DNA from: a virus
Length of the DNA: 28,871 nt
Reading direction: 5' to 3' (one strand)
Virus record (IMG/VR): IMGVR_UViG_3300045988_059318
Location: 1 to 28,871 of that record
Shown: in pieces, positions 23,393 through 28,798 of the stretch
Layout: the number at the start of each line of letters is the position of its first letter
Position numbering within the stretch: the first letter of the stretch is position 1
Notes under the pieces: model-generated
Seen by the model: only the letters and a program-made list of their open reading frames with translations
What the model was told of the DNA's origin: nothing
Databases searched by the model: none
Translations under genes and position numbers: made by a program

Positions 23393-23800
23393 TTAGTTTT
23401 CCTTCCTTACCGGTAATCCGTCTTCCGTGGTGGCGAGCGTGTATGCTTTCAGCAGTGTGCCCGCTATTTTTTGACGTCGTGCGGGCGGGATGCGTCGGAA
23501 CTTGTTTTCCCAATGCGCGACTTGGCATTGCCGTACACCGTACATTTTCGCCATTTCACGCTGGCTGATGCCGAACGCGTTGCGCAAATATTTCAATAAT
23601 TCGCTATCATCCAAAGAGTCAAGATAAATATTCCGACTGTTGACGGTGCGGAGATTGTTTTCATGGTCGAGTGTGAATAGGTTGCCGGTTTTTGACTGGA
23701 CAAGGTAGGCGTAAACGTCTTCTTTGATTCTGTATGTTCGCTCTCCGGCGACGGTTTTGAATGTGATGGGCATGGCTCCCGGCCATAGTGTGAGTCTCAT
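23393..23800 (-). CDS. XRE-type helix-turn-helix regulator with an unknown N-terminal domain
   Basis: The C-terminal LRNAFGISQREMAKMYGVRQCQVAHWENKFRRIP is a classic HTH_3-like motif. Confidence 0.65.
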   Translation of the reverse strand: MRLTLWPGAMPITFKTVAGERTYRIKEDVYAYLVQSKTGNLFTLDHENNLRTVNSRNIYLDSLDDSELLKYLRNAFGISQREMAKMYGVRQCQVAHWENKFRRIPPARRQKIAGTLLKAYTLATTEDGLPVRKEN

Positions 23801-24075
23801 TTATTCTCTCCCATAGTCTTTTCATCATAGAAGACGTATGCGATTCCGTTGACAATGTTGAATTGCCCTCGCACGATGCTTTGGTAAATTGTCGGTTCGA
23901 CCCCAGCCAAGTAGAGCAAGTCTAGTGCGTCCTCTCTGGAATCTGGATAGATTGCGATTTGCGGCGTGTAGTCTTTTAATTCAATGTCCGGTGAGGCTTC
24001 AGCCACTTCGCCAAGCTGGTCTAGCGTCTCTTTGAGGAACTTGACGTATTGAGCAAGGGTTATTGTATCTTTCAT
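23797..24075 (-). CDS. Hypothetical acidic protein (92 aa)
   Basis: The start lies 23 nt after GC hairpin C, and its stop overlaps the start of the HTH gene. Confidence 0.55.
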   Translation of the reverse strand: MKDTITLAQYVKFLKETLDQLGEVAEASPDIELKDYTPQIAIYPDSREDALDLLYLAGVEPTIYQSIVRGQFNIVNGIAYVFYDEKTMGENK

Positions 24076-24097
24076 TATTGTTCCTTTCGTTAGATGG

Positions 24098-24119
24098 TGC
24101 CCCGCCCTTGCGGGCGGGG
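24098..24119 (-). repeat. GC hairpin copy C
   Basis: GCCCCGCCC-GCAA-GGGCGGGGC in the sense orientation. It lies 12 nt after the S3 stop and 23 nt before ATG 24075. Confidence 0.9.
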
Positions 24120-24131
24120 CTGTGGTTTGGT

Positions 24132-24326
24132 TTAGAGTGCGTGTTCCTTGAGCAGTTCGGTGAACTCGTCGGTGTCTACCTGTTCATAATCGGTGTAGCC
24201 GTTCATGTCGCAGATGGTGCGAAGGTCTTTCGCGGCTCCGTAGGTGTCCCAATTGCCGTCATCCTGTCCGCTGTTTTGGATGTAGTTGACGATGTAGGCT
24301 TCTGCTGTGCTGAGGTTGATTTCCAT
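24132..24326 (-). CDS. Cassette ORF S3 (64 aa), strongly acidic
   Basis: Driven by leader L3. By hand count it has about 14 Asp/Glu against 3 Lys/Arg. Confidence 0.65.
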   Translation of the reverse strand: MEINLSTAEAYIVNYIQNSGQDDGNWDTYGAAKDLRTICDMNGYTDYEQVDTDEFTELLKEHAL

Positions 24327-24390
24327 TTTGTTTGTCCTTTCCTTGGTCGGTAATTACATAATACAATAGTTTTGATCACGACACGCCGGA
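24324..24390 (-). promoter_or_regulatory. Conserved leader L3
   Basis: It is 67 nt from ATG to motif end. By hand alignment, 59 of 67 positions are identical to L4/L5. It contains GTATTAT followed by the palindrome GTAATTAC. Confidence 0.6.
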
Positions 24391-24558
24391 CTAGAAACAA
24401 TCCATGACAACGAAACCCATACCCGCCAAACCAATAAGGATATCAGCCAATGCGAGAAGAATCATATAACTATCCTCACACCACAACGCCACCCCCAAAG
24501 CAACAGCGGACACAATCGTAAGCGCCAAGAAACCGCAGAATATAGCAACCTTTTTCAC
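24391..24558 (-). CDS. Small two-helix membrane protein (55 aa), not in the ORF track
   Basis: The GTG start is preceded by GGGAGG and forms a GTGA overlap with the ERF stop. The product reads MKKVAIFCGFLALTIVSAVALGVALWCEDSYMILLALADILIGLAGMGFVVMDCF. Confidence 0.45.
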   Translation of the reverse strand: MKKVAIFCGFLALTIVSAVALGVALWCEDSYMILLALADILIGLAGMGFVVMDCF

Positions 24559-25148
24559 TTATTGCCTCCCTTACTGATAGCCTGACGGAGAAGCATAACG
24601 TCATGTTCGGTCAAGTCCTGAGGCTTACGCACCTCATGGCCGAACTGCGATGCCAAAGCGTTGACGTAAAACCCTAGATTGGTTCCAGCGGCCTGAGCCA
24701 TGTCGTTAAGATCGTTGACTTCCTGTGCCGTGGCCTTCCGTGGTTGTTGTGGTGCAGAATAGTCGCGCATGGCGGCACCGTCATCGTCCTTGTCGGGGAA
24801 GATACCAAGAGCGGCGTAGAGGGAGTAGCGTCGCGCGTAGGTTACTGCGGAGCCGATTGCCTGCGGGTCGGGCACCACCACGAAGGGGTAGTCCCCCACA
24901 TTCAAGGTTTTTTCAGCGTCGAAAATGATTGTTTCGACCGTGCCGTAGCTCACTTTGTCTCCTACCGCACCCATGCGCACCACCTGCCGGAAGGCTAAAT
25001 CATACTTGGCGAAAATAGGCTTGATGGTCTTGAGAATGGTAGCAAGATTAAGGTACTTGTAGGTGCGTTGCCCGGCGTTGGCTATCAGGTCGGTGACGAA
25101 GTTGGGGACTTCGTTGAGTACTGCCATATATTTTTCTTCGAGTTTCAT
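24555..25148 (-). CDS. erf: ERF-family single-strand annealing protein
   Basis: YKYLNLATILKTIKPIFAKYDLAFRQ ... QAIGSAVTYARRYSLYAALGIFPDKDDDG is the ERF core signature. ATG 25148 is placed by hairpin D geometry. Confidence 0.8.
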   Translation of the reverse strand: MKLEEKYMAVLNEVPNFVTDLIANAGQRTYKYLNLATILKTIKPIFAKYDLAFRQVVRMGAVGDKVSYGTVETIIFDAEKTLNVGDYPFVVVPDPQAIGSAVTYARRYSLYAALGIFPDKDDDGAAMRDYSAPQQPRKATAQEVNDLNDMAQAAGTNLGFYVNALASQFGHEVRKPQDLTEHDVMLLRQAISKGGNK

Positions 25149-25170
25149 TATTGTTCCTTTCATTAATGGT

Positions 25171-25192
25171 GCCCCGCCCTTGCTGGCGGGGC
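25171..25192 (-). repeat. GC hairpin copy D (one mismatch at the loop-closing pair)
   Basis: GCCCCGCC-AGCAAG-GGCGGGGC in the sense orientation. It lies 10 nt after the S4 stop and 23 nt before ATG 25148. Confidence 0.9.
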
Positions 25193-25202
25193 GGGTGGTT
25201 GT

Positions 25203-25451
25203 TTAAAGATATTTTATTTCTGCCTCGTAGACTGCGCACTGGTCTAATCCTTGACGCCATGTGAAATCGTCTACAAGGCAGACTCGACCGAACGTGAAAC
25301 CTTCGTCGCGCTTGAGGATGTTGCGCATGTTTGCCAATTGGTTTTTAATTTCCACTGCTTCGCTGTGGAATTCGTAGACTTCTCCGGTTTCTTTGATTAC
25401 GAGACGTTGTGTGCAGATGCGATGGTTGAGGTAGATGATTGCGGTGTTCAT
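25203..25451 (-). CDS. Cassette ORF S4 (82 aa), paralog of 20742-20978
   Basis: Driven by leader L4. It shares sequence blocks with S1. Confidence 0.65.
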   Translation of the reverse strand: MNTAIIYLNHRICTQRLVIKETGEVYEFHSEAVEIKNQLANMRNILKRDEGFTFGRVCLVDDFTWRQGLDQCAVYEAEIKYL

Positions 25452-25515
25452 TTTCTTTGTCCTTTCCTTGGTCTGTAATTACATAATACATTATTGTTGA
25501 GTGCGACACGCCGGA
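25445..25515 (-). promoter_or_regulatory. Conserved leader L4 (71 bp identical to L5)
   Basis: Bases 25445-25515 equal 27835-27905 base for base. The block includes the motif TCCGGCGTGTCG, GTATTAT, the palindrome TGTAATTACA, the RBS AAGGAAAGGA and ATGAACA. Confidence 0.65.
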
Positions 25516-25934
25516 CGCGGTAGAATCTCGCCCAACCGACTCAACCCCCTAGCGGTCTCAAGACCACGGAACCGTTTAGCGGACTGTGCGGCTTCATCGA
25601 GACTACGCCCACTCAACCGGTTACGCCGATACTCCCAACTCGCATCACCCTCAATGCCAAGCGCGGCCATCTCACGCGTAATGTCGACTTCGGAAGGCTT
25701 ATGGTCACGTTTCCACCTACGCCAAAACGCATTGAGGTCGGCGGGCATGAGATACGGGCGCTTCTTCGCGTATTCCGGGTTTGCGAAAAATTGGCGTATG
25801 GCTTCTTTCGCCACGTCTAATCGCATGTCAGTTGCTAACGCTTCCATCCATGCGGCCACCTGCATATCGGTCACAAGACGATTATCAAAGGCGCTGGCAT
25901 AGGTTAGGAGTGCTTGCACTTGCAACTTGTTCAT
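25491..25934 (-). CDS. Hypothetical protein (147 aa)
   Basis: An operon ORF with an ATGA overlap upstream. The 3' end reads through the L4 motif. I recognise no family. Confidence 0.55.
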   Translation of the reverse strand: MNKLQVQALLTYASAFDNRLVTDMQVAAWMEALATDMRLDVAKEAIRQFFANPEYAKKRPYLMPADLNAFWRRWKRDHKPSEVDITREMAALGIEGDASWEYRRNRLSGRSLDEAAQSAKRFRGLETARGLSRLGEILPRPACRTQQ

Positions 25935-26344
25935 TTCAATTCATCCTTATATTCCACTTGCATTAATTTCACGACTTTCACCATGCCGTCCAAGTCACTT
26001 TTTCTAAGGTATCGCCAGAAGAGACCTTCCGTATAGGTGGTGGCTTGGTGTGCAAGGTCTAACATGTTGTCCATGTAGAGACAGCACTTACCCACTTGCG
26101 TGAGGTTGTGCGCGTCCAATGGTTTGCCATCAATTTGCAGACGGCATTTCTCGTCATTGTCGATAGCCCTCTGTAGATACCATTCTGCTTTCTGCAAGTC
26201 TTCAAGCGGATGTCCCTTGAGTCTATACCGCCACACGTATTTTATTGCGTTGCCTACGCAAAAGCTGTGGTATTGCGCGACTTCGATGCATTCGCAAGGT
26301 TTCGTGTTGTCGGTGTAGTGTGCTGGATGATTAACGTTGTCCAT
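25931..26344 (-). CDS. DUF3310-family phage protein
   Basis: NHPAHYT...CECIEV...GNAIKYVWRYRLKG.PLEDLQKAEWYLQRAI matches the DUF3310 signature as I recall it. Confidence 0.65.
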   Translation of the reverse strand: MDNVNHPAHYTDNTKPCECIEVAQYHSFCVGNAIKYVWRYRLKGHPLEDLQKAEWYLQRAIDNDEKCRLQIDGKPLDAHNLTQVGKCCLYMDNMLDLAHQATTYTEGLFWRYLRKSDLDGMVKVVKLMQVEYKDELK

Positions 26345-26356
26345 GATTGTTTCCTT

Positions 26357-26764
26357 TCAGAATTGCGGTGTGATTGAGTCCAGAAAATCGTCAAGGTAAA
26401 GGATGAAGTCTTCTTGCATTGAATCGTGTGGCTGTGGCTGATAGTCCGCATGTAGCCATTGGATGCCACTGGACATTTTCATCCACTTAATACCGGCAAG
26501 ATACACGAGTATCGTATTGTTGACTTTATCAATCGTCCAGTCTGAGGGAGCCACAACGTCCATCATGTAACTTTTAGATTGGGCTCCGCTTCTCTGTCGG
26601 TTTTCTAAGCCTTTCCATGCTGAGAGCCATACGCGGTAGCGGGCTATTTTGGGGTTGTCTTGTATGGTTAGTGCGGTTTCGAATATTGCCGTGTCTTTTG
26701 TCTTGTCGCACTCAACGACGGAATGCATGTCGTACGGTGGTATATCGTTGAATAGTGTCAGCAT
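26357..26764 (-). CDS. Hypothetical protein (135 aa)
   Basis: The start lies 23 nt after GC hairpin E. I recognise no motif. Confidence 0.55.
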   Translation of the reverse strand: MLTLFNDIPPYDMHSVVECDKTKDTAIFETALTIQDNPKIARYRVWLSAWKGLENRQRSGAQSKSYMMDVVAPSDWTIDKVNNTILVYLAGIKWMKMSSGIQWLHADYQPQPHDSMQEDFILYLDDFLDSITPQF

Positions 26765-26786
26765 TTTATTTTCCTTTCAGTTGGGT

Positions 26787-26808
26787 GCCCCGCCCTTGCG
26801 GGCGGGGC
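26787..26808 (-). repeat. GC hairpin copy E (no cassette ORF upstream)
   Basis: GCCCCGCCC-GCAA-GGGCGGGGC in the sense orientation. It is preceded by about 137 nt with no convincing ORF. Confidence 0.9.
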
Positions 26809-26945
26809 GATAACGTCAGATTGCTTGACGGAAATTGGATATTTCGTCGTTATGGTGCTTTACCGTCTCGACGTATTTCAAGGCTTCCTCGTATCCGGAG
26901 TAAGTAAACTCTGGTGGGGTTAATTAATTGCGTAGTCGCATGACC

Positions 26946-27299
26946 TTAGTCTGCGAGTACCGCTAATATGCTGCTCTCACAGTCCGGTCTTGGTAGTGGC
27001 TGCAATACGCCCATATCCTCATAGTACTGGTTCAATGCTGGCATGCTTGTTTGCATGTCCGGGTTGTCGGAATCGTAGAAGACTGTTGAGCGGAGGTATG
27101 GCGAGTATTTATCATATCGCAAGTGCAGTGGGCAGAAGAATCTCGGCTCATTATCACCGGTGAACAGGCACAGCCATTCTTCTTCGTAGATTATGTTCTC
27201 GACTGCGTCTTCCGTGCTTGACGCCCAGAAGTCGTAGGACATGTGGCAGTCTGGGTAGTCGCATTTTGCCAAGTAGGTTGTTTTCACTCTCATGCTCAT
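26946..27299 (-). CDS. Hypothetical Cys/His-containing protein (117 aa)
   Basis: CDYPDCH ... CPLH is a possible metal-binding motif. There is an ATGA overlap with the upstream gene. Confidence 0.55.
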   Translation of the reverse strand: MSMRVKTTYLAKCDYPDCHMSYDFWASSTEDAVENIIYEEEWLCLFTGDNEPRFFCPLHLRYDKYSPYLRSTVFYDSDNPDMQTSMPALNQYYEDMGVLQPLPRPDCESSILAVLAD

Positions 27300-27520
27300 T
27301 CGACGCTCCTTTCGGCTTCGCGCATGATGTGCCGCATGTCGGCATCGGTCAGCTTAGCTAGTGTCAGGTTGGCACCGGCCAAGTCTACGCCTGTCAGGCC
27401 TGCGCCTGTCAGTTCTGCGCCTCCCATGTCTGCGCCGCGTAGGCATCTGCGCCCGTATTTTTCGAGTATTTCTTCGATGTTGTCGCCTTCGAGTGTGGCT
27501 GTTGGTGTTTTAATTTTCAT
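27296..27520 (-). CDS. Pentapeptide-repeat protein (74 aa)
   Basis: GADMGGAELTGAGLTGVDLAGANLTLAKLTDADM contains consecutive A(D/N)LXX-type pentapeptides. A strong RBS (GAAAGGAAAGGA) precedes the gene. Confidence 0.7.
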   Translation of the reverse strand: MKIKTPTATLEGDNIEEILEKYGRRCLRGADMGGAELTGAGLTGVDLAGANLTLAKLTDADMRHIMREAERSVE

Positions 27521-27548
27521 TATGGTTCCTTTCCTTTCTGTTGATTGT

Positions 27549-27560
27549 GGGGGGGGGGGG
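27549..27560. repeat. Homopolymer G12 (C12 in the sense strand) in the 5' UTR of the pentapeptide-repeat gene
   Basis: Counted directly. It lies 29 nt upstream of ATG 27520. It can pair with GGGGG (sense strand, 27573-27577) to give a variant hairpin where the GC hairpin sits in the other cassettes. Confidence 0.9.
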
Positions 27561-27589
27561 ATTGTGCGGTTGCCCCCGCCGCTATAGTG

Positions 27590-27841
27590 TCACCACGTCT
27601 GCGCGAACTGTTCGACCTGCTCGGCGCTGAAGGTCTTGGCGGGGTCACGGTAGTCTTCGTCGGCTGTGGTGAAGGCGTAGGACGTGTAGTAGGCGTTGCC
27701 TTCGTCGTCGACGGCCTGATCGCGGTCGATGCTCTCCCAGCTGCCGCCTTCCTCTTTGGCTTCGATCGTATAGTCCTCGCTCATCCAGTAGTGGTAGAGG
27801 TCGGCGTAGGTGCTGGTCTTGGTGAATTCGATGCTGTTCAT
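27590..27841 (-). CDS. Cassette ORF S5 (83 aa), strongly acidic
   Basis: Driven by leader L5. It is rich in Asp/Glu/Tyr (EDYTIEAKEEGG, DDEGNAYY, ADEDYRD) with few basic residues. Confidence 0.65.
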   Translation of the reverse strand: MNSIEFTKTSTYADLYHYWMSEDYTIEAKEEGGSWESIDRDQAVDDEGNAYYTSYAFTTADEDYRDPAKTFSAEQVEQFAQTW

Positions 27842-27905
27842 TTTCTTTGTCCTTTCCTTGGTCTGTAATTACATAATACATTATTGTTGAGTGCGACACG
27901 CCGGA
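27835..27905 (-). promoter_or_regulatory. Conserved leader L5 (71 bp identical to L4)
   Basis: See L4. A second copy of the motif CGACACGCCGGA lies at 27941-27952, inside the 3' end of the replisome organizer gene. Confidence 0.65.
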
Positions 27906-27931
27906 AAAAGAAAATGCCCGCCGAAAATAAA

Positions 27932-28696
27932 TCACGGACGCGACACGCCGGACTCAATCTGAAAGCCGAAGAGGTCAGTTTGCGACTGCATCGCTTGAGT
28001 GAGATTCTGCATGTTCCTTTCCGCGTTCGTGACGGGCTTGCGGGCTTGTGGCGGGTCTGGACGGTATTCGTCATTCCATCGTTCGCCGTTAAGCCATGTT
28101 GCGAAATTGGGGATAAACCGGGTTTCCGTGTTGGCGCACTGTGCGGCAAATGCTTGCACCTTGGCCATGAGAAAGGCGCTGTTAATGCCTACTTTTGCTT
28201 TACGCCATGCCTTGTAAGCGGCCATCTTGGCCACATGCTTGGGGTAGATTGTCCACAGTTGTTCGAATGCGTTCGGGTATTCTTCGCGCTTATGTTGCGC
28301 GGGTTCCGTCGGTGCGGGTTCGCGTGTGGGTTCTACCGTGGTAGTCGATTCTGGAGCTTGGTAAAGCGTTTTATCAAGCGTATCAGACTCAGAATGGCGC
28401 TTCACATTGTCTACGTCCATTGTGACGTGATACACATTGCTCGACGCCCCACCATTATCAAGCTTGCGACGTCTTTTGACTATAAGACCCTTATCCTCCA
28501 AGCTTTTAAGAGCTTTGAGTACGGTTGGTTTGCTTAGCAATGATTCGGCGCATAGTGTGGCGAGAGACGGGAAGCATTCGCCGCTATCGTTTGTGTGGTC
28601 GGCTAATACGAGATATACGAGCTTTTCATTAGCAGTCTCGAAGTGCTTCCCTCTGATAACCCAGTGGCGTACTGCCATAAAACCATAATCACTCAT
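27932..28696 (-). CDS. Replisome organizer / replication initiator-like protein (N-terminal winged helix)
   Basis: LVYLVLADHTNDSGECFPSLATLCAESLLSKPTVLKALKSLEDKGLI is typical of the phage replisome-organizer N-terminal wHTH. The C-terminus has YPKHVAKMAAYKAWRKA ... FATWLNGERWNDE. The gene lies next to the iterons. Confidence 0.6.
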   Translation of the reverse strand: MSDYGFMAVRHWVIRGKHFETANEKLVYLVLADHTNDSGECFPSLATLCAESLLSKPTVLKALKSLEDKGLIVKRRRKLDNGGASSNVYHVTMDVDNVKRHSESDTLDKTLYQAPESTTTVEPTREPAPTEPAQHKREEYPNAFEQLWTIYPKHVAKMAAYKAWRKAKVGINSAFLMAKVQAFAAQCANTETRFIPNFATWLNGERWNDEYRPDPPQARKPVTNAERNMQNLTQAMQSQTDLFGFQIESGVSRP

Positions 28697-28703
28697 AGCT
28701 CAC

Positions 28704-28732
28704 ATTGTATGTCAATTACCTTAATCGCGCAA
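28704..28732 (-). promoter_or_regulatory. Sigma-70-like promoter TTGCGC-N17-TACAAT for the early arm
   Basis: In the sense orientation, TTGCGC (28732-28727) is followed by a 17-nt spacer and TACAAT (28709-28704). The -10 ends 7 nt before ATG 28696, which implies a leaderless mRNA. Confidence 0.45.
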
Positions 28733-28766
28733 CTTCTTTGTTTGTTTCTTTTCTTAATTGGTTGTA

Positions 28767-28797
28767 CTTCAATGGTTATTCTTCAATGGTTATTCTT
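28767..28797. repeat. 14-bp tandem repeat CTTCAATGGTTATT, 2.2 copies
   Basis: Read directly. It lies between the early promoter and the 22-bp array. Confidence 0.9.
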
Positions 28798-28798
28798 A

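Noticed and set aside
24063-27868. Plus-strand ORFs 24063-24353, 25251-25478 and 27545-27868, which share the C-terminal peptide HF(L/V)CPFLG.
   Set aside because: The shared ending is simply the translated reverse complement of the conserved leader elements L3-L5. The ORFs are antisense to well-supported minus-strand genes.
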